Notes under the pieces: generated by a model | Database searches by the model: none | Told to the model about the DNA's origin: nothing | The model's input: only the letters and a program-made list of their open reading frames with translations | Assembly (NCBI GenBank): GCA_963693365.1 | Contig: CAVNZM010000015.1 | Coordinates: 3,472,001 to 3,536,000 of the forward strand | DNA length: 64,000 nucleotides | Reading direction: 5' to 3' | DNA from: Amoebidium appalachense | Lineage: Eukaryota > Protista > Ichthyosporea | Translations under genes and position numbers: made by a program | In this document: positions 25,144 to 64,000 of the stretch, piece by piece | Numbering within the stretch: position 1 is the first letter of the stretch | How the letters are laid out: each line of letters starts with the position of its first letter

Positions 25144-25559
25144 GATCACCTTATTAATGCTGCACAGTATGATATTGTGATACGGTGTCTTAACTTTCTC
25201 TCGGAGCTACCAATGCTAGCTTCTGCTTATCGATAATCTATGCTATTGTAGGGTTGTTTTATTGCATACAATAGTGTACATATGGTCACTAGCTGCATTT
25301 GATTGGCTGCGCTGGAAAACGCACTAGGCCGTCAAGTGAGGCTGGGCCCCTGGCCGATCACCTTATTAATGCTGCACAGTATGATATTGTGATACGGTGT
25401 CTTAACTTTTTCTCGGAGCTACCAATGCTAGCTTCTGCTTATCCATAATCTATACTACTGTAGGGCATACAGTGTACATAAGTCACATGCTGCATTTGAT
25501 TGGCTGCGCTGGAAAACGCAGTGGGCCTGGTCAAGTGTCGCAATGAGGCTGGGCCCCTG
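25144..25559 (+). repeat. Tandem duplication of about 210 bp containing an inverted CCAAT box
   Basis: GATCACCTTATTAATGCTGCACAG...GATTGGCTGCGCTGGAAAACGCA..GAGGCTGGGCCCCTG at 25144-25351 and 25356-25559. Confidence 0.92.
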
Positions 25560-26163
25560 ACGATGTCCGCAGCAATACAAAGTGCATAACATAAACCCCT
25601 TATGACAGTACGTGATTCTCTAAACATTTGTCCGCATTTTCAGTGCTGTATATTGCTTTTGATTGGTGTATAGAAGAAACTGCTCGATGCCTTTGTAGGC
25701 GGTGATGTTCCAGGGTTTGAGATTTTGAGTCGACATGTGCGCATGCAGTATAAAGCTACCGCACGCCGCTGCGACTGTCTGTGTGCGCCGTCAAATTGAT
25801 ACACATCAGGAGAATTTCGCAAAACGCAGGAGTTCAATTTTGTAGCGATTTATTTTCCTTTCGTCGCTGAGTTCATTACAACAGCTCTCCAGTGAGTCTC
25901 CACCCGTTTTCTCGGCGACTTCCCTCCCCTCATAGCAGCAGCACTCGAAATTGTTATTGTGACTTTTTTTCCATAACGTATACCGTATTTATTGTAATCC
26001 TTGGCACTAGCGATCTTTACTGTTCTTTAGTCTCTAGTTTCTCTAGTCCAATTCCAGAACTCAAAAGATTTTGTTTGCTTGTCGTTACTCTTGTTTTAAT
26101 AGTACTAAGACCATAACACCAAACACGCACATTCGCCCGGTTCTGAAGCACTCAAACACGAAG

Positions 26164-27533
26164 ATGGGAGGTACCTCCTGCTTAACGCCCGTGCATGGCC
26201 TAGACACTGCCATTCCATACCCCATACCCGATGCACTACACAGGCATCTACTGAGGCACGACCTAAACTCATTTTTCTCCTCACTTCCCAACACCGTTTT
26301 CCCTGATTACTTCCAACGTCCGCCCACGCACATGCTTCCATCGTCACTCCTCCAATCCGCCTTAGATTTACCCAACAGGGGGTTATTTCTCGTCATGGCA
26401 CGCACAGAAAACAAGGAAACACCGTTTTGCACACAGTGGCTACCGCACTTTGTATGGGTGCAGATTTGGTTTGCAGCGAGTGAAACGGGCTCAGCACGCC
26501 CCGGCCCGTGCAATAAGGAACCTGAAGCAGTTCTGCCTGCATGCCTCGTTTTTGCACACAGTGATCAGGGCCGGCCCATTTGGTGCCCAATGAGCCCCGA
26601 AGTTTTCCTTGATGAGTCGAACACGTCATTCCAAGATGGCACTATCCCTGTTGCGTTTGGTCTGAATCCAGATAAGAGGCTACAAATCAGTGTCTCCTAC
26701 CCTGCGCCCTATGAGCTCTCCGGGTTGACCCTGCGACAGGTATTGACTTCCTGCACTTCCATGGACAAAATCGCAGCTACAAGTGCAAAAGTACAACAGC
26801 ATGATTACCCAAAAAACCCGTGGGGCAACATGATGACATCTACGTACATCCCGCATGAATCCGCGCCCGTGAATTACTGCCTGTCGCCGTTGAGTATGGT
26901 GTCGGGCGTCGAGTCAAGAAAACACAGTCTTTTTCCCTTTTGCGCGCCATTCACGCACGATGATGTTTTGTTGAGCTCCCCGACACCCGCCCCTCAGCCT
27001 GAGTCGCACCTTTTAAGTTGCCCCGACGGCCTGATCACACCACGTTCGCTGTCCAACATTTCAACTGTTTCCCCCCGCCTTTACATGACGATGAATCGGG
27101 CGAAATCACGCAAGAAATGGTGCAGACGCAAGGTAGAATGTTGTCTGGCAGTGTGCTTCTATCGCAGCTTTCAGGAAAATTCACCCATAGACGGCAACAT
27201 GAGGATGACACAGCAACACCATTGTGGAGGCCTTTTGATGACAACGGACTGTCATCGGCGGGACAGTTTGACGAGGTGAAGTCTGCGTTGGAAAGAATAC
27301 AGAACAGGACGTGGACTACCGCGGAGGTTTTGTTGATTTTCGAGCAGTTTCGAACGAGGATTCAGGAGAGGGAGAGGAGAGTGGTTAAAGCGCACTACGA
27401 GAAAGAGATGCAACAGTTAAAGGAGCACTACGAACGAAAAATGACCCAGGCCGGGAGGAGGAACACGAGAAGGCCCGACCCGTGGAGCACTTCTTCCGGC
27501 CAGGCACAGCATTATGGTGCTGCAACACAATAG
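26164..27533 (+). CDS. Intronless hypothetical protein (about 456 aa if the C6 run at 27071-27076 is really C7); C-terminal coiled coil
   Basis: Two overlapping, non-repetitive ORFs (26071-27279 and 27018-27533) join into one sensible protein (..NISTVSP|PPLHDDESGE..) if one C is added. ATG at 26164, TAG ending at 27533, followed by an AT-rich 3'UTR-like tract. Confidence 0.65.
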
Positions 27534-27708
27534 CCGATAGCAGTGCTATATCAGTTTTAAGTTTAAATTTTATTACTATGAGTCATTGTTTATTTCGTTT
27601 TTAAGTTTAAAAATTTTGTTTTTGCTTAATTGTACTACTAAAGTGTTTCCGATTACAACTATACATTAGTATTCCGTTGTAGTATGATTCTTTTATATCA
27701 TTGTATTC

Positions 27709-27758
<50 letters not shown>

Positions 27759-28931
27759 CCAAGTCCTGGCCGGTGCCTGTGACCACACTTGGAAAAACCT
27801 TTTCCGTAGAAATTTAAATTATATTTTATATTTTATATTGTACATGTGGCCTTAATGGTGTATTCACCTTTAGTATGTACGAAGGGCCGTATTTTTTTTG
27901 TTCGCATCAACCTTCGAATTGGAAAGAGAAAGTCTTTACAATCGTGATTCTGAGAGTGAGCGTGGGTCGCCATTTAGGAAGTGACCCTGCAATCTTTTGA
28001 TTGTTTGCGACGGGGCCATGGTTTGATGTTTTGGAATATCGCAGTTTCGTGTTTTTGAATTCCCGGATTGCTCCTTGCCCTTCAGCCAAAGAAAGTTTTG
28101 TAAACTTTCAAGAGAACTTATGCTTGTGCTCTTCCCTTGTTATGTTCCTACGAGTTGTAGATCCAGAGCAAGGGAGGCCCCTAAGCCTTACAACTTTAAA
28201 CGCATAAAATACCTGCTAAATACGTTCATCATGAATTCGAGATGCCGATTCTCTTTCTTCTTAACGTGAAAATAAATGTCATGTCATTGAGTCGCGGTAT
28301 AAAAATAAAATCAGGAGAAGGCTTGAAGTTGCCGACTTGCATATTTTTCACACGTGCACATGCACGTTGCAATTGTCAGTCTTGCAGGCCGCGGGGTTTC
28401 TTTTAGCTTTCCGGGTCGGGTCGGGTCAGGGGTGTTTTTAGCTATGTGATTGGCCTGCTGCGCATCAGAGTCGGTCCTGGTAACAGGCAAGTTTTTACGG
28501 CAGCAAGGTACAGATATGTCATAACACACTCAAAAAAAAAAAGAAAAGAGAAGAAAAAGAAAGAAACCGGGCATAAGAATAACCAAGCGCTAGGAAGAGG
28601 ATTGCTGTTCGAAATTTTGATAAATATGGCGTGAACCGGATGTGCTCTAATGTGGCCCAACAATTGGTCGGGCTAAAAGAAAGCCCCTTCACTGAGATCA
28701 AATATCAAACAATGACCGCTGGAGTCCGGAGCCACATATGCATATGATGCCAGCTGCACGTCTTTAGTACAAGTGGTGGGGCAGCGTGCTAACGTATGAT
28801 CATGATGGTGGCTGTGTTGGCCATTGAAGTTGCTGCTGAGCATATATGTCTATGTGTGTGGGTGGATCCGACTGACCGTGCGTGCACGTGACTGCTTCAG
28901 TGTACGGATGTACATGTGTTTGTGTGTGTGT

Positions 28932-28971
<40 letters not shown>

Positions 28972-29360
28972 GTGTGAGTAGTGTATTCGTGTGTGTTTGT
29001 GCACATGCACGTGTGTGGCTGACTCACACGGTTGTATGTGTTTGTGTGCACATGTGCCTTGTGCGTACGCGTGTTGTTTGGGGGGGAGGGGGGGGGGGGG
29101 GGGATGATTCCGGGGGGGGGGGGGGGGGGGAGGGGGAGGGGGAAGCTTCAGCAGCATCATGGTGATGTTAAATATAGCAGCTGCTGTTATGATGACTAAA
29201 TTTGGTTTCGATATAATTCCGGGCAACAGTGGCAACTTCCTTGGGCAGTGTTGATTTTTTTAGATTTGAGAAACTTTGAAGGGAAGCGCCCACTGGCAGA
29301 TCGAAGCCAATTCGGAAAACCTACCAGGGAGGAGCAGGAGGAGAAAGGAGAAGGGGGAGG

Positions 29361-29394
<34 letters not shown>

Positions 29395-29397
<3 letters not shown>

Positions 29398-29897
29398 GTT
29401 AGCTAGTTTGATCTCCTCGGGGGGAGGGGGTTGGGGGAGGAGGGGAGGAGGGGGGGAGGGAGGAATGTGCACACCATATAATTAGGGGAGGATCATGTTC
29501 ACTGAGGCGGGACTGATGATGGGGTTGATCACCCCGGGTTGGGGGGGGGAGTGGGGAGGGGGGCTCTTCGAGAGGGAGGATGTACACACAGGCTATAAAT
29601 AGGGACAGGATTCAGAAGGGGAGGTTTCAGGTTAGCTAGTTTAATCGCCCCCGGGGGAGGGGGGGGGGGGGGGGATGTGCGCACCATAAGTAGGGGGGAT
29701 TGTTGGGGGGGGGGGGGGGGGGGGGGAGTGTTAGCCCGGTTTAATTGCCCGGGGCCCGGGGCCCGGTTTTGGGGGGGGGGGGGGGGGGGGGAGAGAGGCA
29801 TGCACACTATGAAAACTGGGGGGCCCGTTGAAGGGGCGATTTTGTTAGCTAGTTTGGTGGATGGCCCGGGGGAGGGGGGGGGATGGGGGGGGGGGAT

Positions 29898-29928
<31 letters not shown>

Positions 29929-30110
29929 TGTGCACATTGCATTAAAAGGGGGGAGGTTGTTCAAGGGGAGTTTTTACTGTCGGGCTAGTTTGATCGCCCC
30001 AGGGGAGAGAGTTGGGGGGGGGGGGGGGGGGGGGGAGGATGTGCACACCACCGGACTCAGTGATCCCGGGGGGATTTTTGAAGGGGGGTTTTTGTTAGTT
30101 TGATGATCAT
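29395..30110 (+). repeat. Compound minisatellite: about 6 units of 100-140 bp, GTTAGCTAGTTTGATCGCCCC-(G)n-GGATGTGCACACCA
   Basis: Unit starts near 29398, 29525, 29631, 29729, 29844 and 29981, with variable-length G tracts. Confidence 0.8.
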
Positions 30111-31100
30111 ATCGCGGTGTGTACAGGATCCGGAAGACATATATACGGGGTGCTCATGAAAAAGTGCACACCACAAAAAAGGGGGGCCCTTCCATATTAT
30201 CTGTAACGAGTTTGCTTTTATAGTTACGGATATCACTAGCGCTGTTCAATTCAATTCAAAGCCACACTTAAATATGAATATATTATTATTAACAGAAACA
30301 AACAAGAAAGTAGGAATATCGCAAATTGCTATGTCTCCAAAAAAAAAGTTTGCTTTCACCAATTGTTCACCCGCAATTCAACTGATTAGCATGATATGGA
30401 AATTTGGACTGGAAGTTTTGGCGCACATGCAAAAATAAAAGTTTTTATAAATTTATCAACAAAAAAAAGTAGGAATATATAGCATATAAGTCATCATTCA
30501 GAATATTATGGGGTGGTAAGAGCAAGAATCGTGTTTTGACGACATAGGGATGTGAGCCGGATGTCCAAAGTTTGCCTCGATTTGATTGGTGAGGTTCAAT
30601 GGCTCACATGCCGAACCAATCAAATTGAGGCAGATTTCACCATGTGGCTCACATTCGAAAAAATTCCCGGCCTCAAAACACGATTCCTGCTCTGACTACC
30701 CCATAGTTATGGGCCGTTATCGTACAAGGCCTATGCAGCAGATCCAATTTCCCAGTAAATATGGTATTATATTTTTTATGAAAGGCCGAGATACACCAAG
30801 TTCCTTATATCGATAGTACGAAATACATACCGTGATCATGATACATGCATCACAGCTATCATACATGCATGTTTAGCGTAATCATCAAACCGTTGAAAAT
30901 TATGTCGAACGTTGTCACATGTTCACGATTGCAAAACTTCGCACATACCATAGTAAAAGTTGAAGCTAAAAATATATATCTCATTGAATTTCAACAGAGG
31001 CACATCGAGAAGAAAAAAAAAGAGCTTCAACCACCAATCGCTAATCATCATCGTGCGCCCGGGGTGGAATAGCTTGTGTGTGTGTGTATGTACCGCGAGG

Positions 31101-31185
<85 letters not shown>

Positions 31186-31482
31186 CGTGTGTGGCCGCGT
31201 GTGCGTATGTATGTGTGTGTCCGACGGTGTGTATGTGTATGCGCGCGCGTGTGTGTGTGTGTGCCACTTGGGTGTGCACACCAGGCATCTGCATATAAGA
31301 AGTCATCTAGCCAATTACATGCTCTGACATCCGGCAATGGAGAGCACCACTAAAACTAAAATAAAAGGGGTGTCACACCACAAAAATGACGACATAAACC
31401 TTGAGACCATTTTTAGAGTTCTGTTATTCATTGCATTAACAATTCCGAATCCACATACTACTACACTAACTGAGCAGGTCAA

Positions 31483-35382
<3,900 letters not shown>

Positions 35383-37552
35383 TAATTACAATGATAATAG
35401 TGTCGATTGTCATTCATTGGTGTTAACATTAATTATGGTTGTGTTGGGTGTGTGCCCTAATAAAGCGAAAGCTATCGACAAGGCATTTTAAAAATAAACT
35501 GTGCCTCTGTGTTTGTGAACGTGTACGTGTGTGTATGTGTGCGTGTGTGTTCTGGGTGCACGTGTGCGAGTGCGAATGTGTGCTGGGTGAGGAGGTAGCA
35601 ATATGTAGGTATACAGCTATGAGATACAGACAGGCAGAAGGATGTGCAAACCCCAAGAAGGGAGCACATGTATCCTACTGCAACGCGGGTAGCCTTCAAT
35701 TTGGTGTGGAAGTTCCCCTGGAAGCTTCAATTGATTTCAACACGACTAATACTGATACTGGAATCACATACATAGCAATATACGGGTTTCTTGTAAACAG
35801 CCCTGTAATAATGGCGTAAAAAAGAAGAAATCCAACCGTCTAGATTCCACACAGCGATAAAACGAGCAGTCGTGTGTCTTGAAAGCTTTTGATGCACGAA
35901 GCATAGTGAAGCACGCGCAAGCATATGCTTGCCCGTGCATGTGCCAGTGTAAATAATGCCAGTTTCGAAAAACGCCCCACTCTCTGGAATCATAAACAGA
36001 AATTATCGGGTTTATTTACATGGATGCATTCTCATTTTCGTAGCAAAGAAGCCTTAATACATCCCCTAACGCAATCATTTTATGTATGCTTTGAATACGG
36101 CAGCACTATCTATACTATACCAATGGGTTTTTCCTTTTTTCTTCTTAAAGAAGTTCAAGGCATCCTCCAACACGTAACCCCTTCTTTATATCTCTGAGCG
36201 AGATAGTGACGTTTTCGAAAGTCTCTCCCTGAACAGAGCCTTCTGGGCTGATCTACGGTCATGTTACGGCGTTCGTTGGTTGGCCCATCCGTCAGACGTC
36301 AGATCTTCCTGAGTCACCATAAATCTAGACTAGCATTAGCGTTGGCCAGCTGCCGTCACGTTATCGTAACTTGGGTGTCTGAATAACTATACAGAGTACA
36401 TGTGCCAAAAATACCAGATGATAAATGTTTTTTTTGCAGTTATGGAGCTTTAACTGATATTTTGCTGAATGTACTTAAAAAATTTTAATACCAAATTTGT
36501 GACGTTTGAAAATAGAATATGAGCTAAATTTTTTAGTTTGTGTAGGGGGAGAGTTGAAGCCGCTGCTTCAAAATCATGAGATCGGCTGGCTGGGCCAAGC
36601 TAGCGGGCAGTGTCCGGGAAACCCCCGACTCCGTAAAAACGCATGCTGACATCTCGACGCACATGAGTTCATAATATCTTTTTTCAACCTATTTCTATGC
36701 ATAGCAAATACTTTGAAGCTGTTTGTTGAAAATAAATATTGTTTACATGCCAGAGGCCTGGATTGTTCGCAGCTGCTGAACCTGCTGCTGAACTTCCGCC
36801 TGATCTCATAGCTGGTCTGTTATATTGACGGATCTTGCATCTTACGCATTCCATTCCCATGACCAGCTGGGAACTAGGTCACAGCCTCACAGGGCCGTGC
36901 AAAACTCGGAACTTGATATCGGATGGCAACCCGTTTACCCTTGAGAATGATTGAGTGGTCTACAGTACTGATGATTCTCCTAACGCTTGAAAGTACTGAC
37001 TCGGTCCTACACTCATCAGCAGGGTACAAGGGAACGACCGTGTTACGATCATGTTGTTTGTGTTGTCTTCAATTCCTCCCCCAAAATAATGGCCCAAAAC
37101 GCCAGTCACCCTTCCAAAGGGCGCATGGCTTCCCATGCATCCACAGATGACAGGCAGGGCCACACGCTGTCCGACTGGCAGCCTCGCATATGCATGCGCG
37201 CGTGTGCACACTCCCCCTTCACCGACAAAGTCAAGACACAATCGTGCATCATTAGATACCGGCACATGTGCGCGCGCACACACACACTCTCGCACACGTG
37301 CACACCCACACACCCACACATGCATACACGCACACACGCACGCACTAAGGCGCCCGCTGGGGCTTACACGCACACGCTCGCAAACTCACCCACTCTGGCT
37401 TATGCGCCAAGTCACAATGTGAATGCCATACGTGCTGAGTAGGCATGCATATGTGGTTGCGCATCCCGTGGAATGGCCCAAACACATATCTTAGCATGAA
37501 GGGGTGTGGCACTGTGAGTTATCGGGAAACCCATACGCACGTAATGCTTTGC

Positions 37553-37653
<101 letters not shown>

Positions 37654-39212
37654 ACTGTAAGACGGACCCGCACGTAGTGCCGGGCCGCTTACGAGTGTGT
37701 GGATCTATCATACGAGTGCCTAATTGCTGATCAATTAGTGGTTGCACGAGAGGTATAAATACCCAGTGCGCCCACACTCTCTGACAGATCGAGTACCGCA
37801 CGGTTACAGTCTGAGTACGAGAGGGAGTGGAACCACAGCAAAGGCCTCACACGACTGCACCATTAAAGATGCACCCTAACCGTGTACTTGGCCCAAGTGT
37901 TCCACCTACTTCACAAATCTTGTCCGACCACGGTACATCTCACAACACACACACACACACACACCCACACCCACACACACACGCACGCACACACACACAC
38001 ACACACGCACATGCACATGCACACACACACACACACACATACACATCCACACGCACATACACACACACACATGCACAGCACACGTACACACATCTAAGGT
38101 ACACGCACACGCACATGCACGGGCGCACACAAGCACCCGCACACACACACACGCAGGCACACACAAATGTGGTAGACACTGTGACGGCAGGTGCTTTTTA
38201 AAACTGTGGCACACACAACAGAACACACAACACAGTCACATTGGGTTCGCTGCTGTTGGAAATCTTTATGATATACGATGTACCAAGCTGGCGCTAGGGC
38301 GCGGCAATAATTGGGAACCCTTTTAGATGGTTTGAACGCTTTAACTCTGGACAGGTACCTGGATTCTTTGCTAGCTAATATCAGTTGAAGTCTCCTACAC
38401 CGTACCCACACCCACAAGCACACAGCCACACACGCACACACATGCACACACACACACACACACCACAACACACACACAAAATACACACACACGCAAGGCA
38501 GCTTCCACACGCACACAAACATACTCATACACAGACATGCGGACATATAGGAACACTTGCACACGAAAACACAACATTCGCACAGCGACACACTCATTCC
38601 TTTGCATCCACGATGATGAGTCTTTATGAGAAATCAAGCTAAGAAACGCGCGTTTGTCAAAAAGCTGAAAGCTGTTATCTCATGGCTGAAAAATACGTCA
38701 ATATTCGCCAGTTGCTTGCGAACATGCTGCACAGTGATCCGAGTCACAACCCCCCCCCCCCCCCCCCCCCCCCCCTCCCCAAACTCACCCACCCTCACCC
38801 CCTCCCCTTCTTCCCGTGTCTTAGTTCCCCTTTACACTTGGTAGCCCCTCGACAGTATTATTCTTCTCTTAAACCTGTCTAGATAGGTACGACACCGCAA
38901 TTTATGCACACATTAAAGCTGCCACCCGGATATATAACCTACCGTATATGGTTCGGAACAAGCATGGAAGAGGATGGCTGAGCATGGATACATCTGTTGT
39001 CATTGGCCCTTAAATTCAACAATGCTCTTCATAATCAATTTCTTATGCCCCCCCCTCCCCCCCCCCCCCCCCCCCCCGCCCCCCAAAGACCTCGCGCGCA
39101 CACAAAAAACAGAACAAAACAAAACAAGGCCCTCGGGTACAGTAGACTCGACTTCCCTCGAGCGCGAGAGTCTCGGAGACTCGACCTCTGGGAAAACAAG
39201 CGGTTCGATTTT

Positions 39213-39274
39213 ATTGGTTATAATTGACCAATCAGCAAATTTGGCGCCAAACTGCTCCCTAGATTTTGGCGCCC
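39213..39274 (+). promoter_or_regulatory. G1/S-type promoter of WDHD1: CCAAT boxes plus two E2F sites
   Basis: ATTGG at 39213, GACCAATCAG at 39226-39235, palindromic TTTGGCGCCAAA at 39240-39251 and TTTTGGCGCCC at 39264-39274. These lie about 280-330 bp upstream of the ATG of a replication gene. A probable 5'UTR intron GTAAGT..TTTTTTCAG lies at 39391-39532. Confidence 0.7.
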
Positions 39275-39547
39275 AGCGTCCGGCCCCTAGGCCAGCACCA
39301 CTGCGCAACAACAACAAAAAAACCACACCGACCTGTGCGTACATACATAATATACATAGATTGCAAAAGAGATTTTTCATACAGACACATGTAAGTAAAC
39401 AGTTTTAGGATAATAATAGTATACGTGCTGCAAAATCCAAAGTTTTAATTTTGCAAACAGAGTGAACTCACACTGTGGCACACAAGCATCCGGCTATAGC
39501 ACACCCAGGCATTTGTCTTAGGGTTTTTTCAGTTGGGAAAGCAGGAA

Positions 39548-62685
<23,138 letters not shown>

Positions 62686-62994
62686 TCGGAGGCACGCCAT
62701 TGGCCCAATCGTACGTGATCTGGATAATCGGGAGTGATCTGCATAAGTTGCCGCACTGAACGACCAATAGGTACGATTCACGATATTTTTTACGATGTCG
62801 TTTGGAGTGATCAATCCCTATCTAAATTTAGCAGTTGCTAGGCGGTGAAGTTAGCCTGCCTGTACGGGGTAGGGCGTCGGAGGACGCCTAAATTACCGCA
62901 CATGGCGTGTAGAAGCATTATTAATAGACAGATATATGACATATCAATCAAGTGTCGTGTAGATTGTATTGCTTATGTTTCTTTCTTTCTTTTT

Positions 62995-63065
<71 letters not shown>

Positions 63066-63555
63066 TGATATTGAATAATATATTACAGTATCACTTATAA
63101 GTATACACGCAGATGAGCCATGGCTGATAATTCTGGTCGCCCGCTTGTTTTAGTTTTGGAGCCGAGTGGCAAAAACCCATCTCACATGTTGTGTGCAATT
63201 TTACCTCAATATCCTTTGTTGGTTTACATGGTCCATATTTTGGATGTGTCACGGTGTGTGCGGGCAGGGGGGGGGGGGGGGGGGGGGGGTTCGAAATTAG
63301 TATCTATTAAGACTCCTTCTCGTTTTCAGTGTCTCGGAACTGGCAGTTTCCTATAACCACCAGATTCTAACTTGTCATACAGAGCCTTAATAGACCTCTC
63401 TTATTATATTGCCCGCAGTAGACAGAGACAACCTTCGATTATAATGTTATTCCCATCTAGGATGATCATGTGGAATGTCCATAATAAGCATCTGTAGACA
63501 AATCTGTTCTTTCTGACTCCCCCCCCCGGCGGGCTGGCGGACGGGCGGGCCGTGT

Positions 63556-63604
<49 letters not shown>

Positions 63605-64000
63605 GAATATATGTTGTGTTCATGGGAAGGGTATCGATGACGGTGAAATGTTCACCGAACCGTTGATTTGTTGTAGATGATCATGAAGTGAAAAAGGTAT
63701 GCGTGTGTGTGTAACGCGTGTGTCACCATACATATGCAAGCTACATTATGTTATGTAAATGTCACTGGGGTTTACGCTGTTTACTCGAGGCAAAGAGCTG
63801 TCTACATCATTAAACATTTTGGGCTAATATTAGGCATACGTAGTGTAATTATAAAGGCGTTTCGCGTGTGGGAGACTTTCACGGTGTGTGATTGGCCATG
63901 CCGGCCCGGTGATATATACACCCAAGCTCAGTGACTTCGCTCGTGTGCCGCTGGTGCCCACAATTAATTAGGAGAAGAGGGGCAAACCCCGTGCACGCCA

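Noticed and set aside
27880-28690. Non-autonomous transposon with GAAGGG..CCCTTC ends and an internal CGGGT repeat
   Set aside because: The terminal match is too short and no TSD is evident.
63120-63356. Start of a further gene (MADNSGRPLV..)
   Set aside because: No recognisable domain and no consistent downstream exon within the window.

Overview
Eukaryotic nuclear DNA, probably from a protist or other non-dikaryan lineage. The lineage is inferred from E2F/CCAAT promoter sites and an animal-like And-1 C-terminus; the species cannot be determined. Introns and intergenic DNA are saturated with (CA/GT)n, (GA/CT)n and poly-C/G tracts, so nearly all long six-frame ORFs are repeat artefacts. Manual splicing (GT-AG, phase-consistent) recovers five loci: (1) a 28-exon WDHD1/And-1/Ctf4 gene (+, 39548-62685) with an E2F/CCAAT promoter; (2) a YHM2-like mitochondrial carrier gene of at least 11 exons (-, 8041-18485); (3) a 3-exon AMPK/MARK-related kinase (-, 31483-35382) whose frame continues for 256 codons past an in-frame TGA inside a UBA-like segment; (4) an intronless orphan gene (+, 26164-27533) with a one-base frameshift; (5) a stop-riddled multi-exon pseudogene (-, about 2834-6800), weakly resembling a Rel/NFAT-IPT-type transcription factor. 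The most notable non-coding signal is a roughly 190-230 bp repeat family in introns. All copies seen are co-oriented with the host gene, most abut C-tracts, and several carry a hairpin with strand-specific G-U pairs and compensatory changes. Also present: a MITE with 20-bp TIRs, splice sites built from microsatellites, a minisatellite that multiplies a splice donor, and several local tandem duplications.
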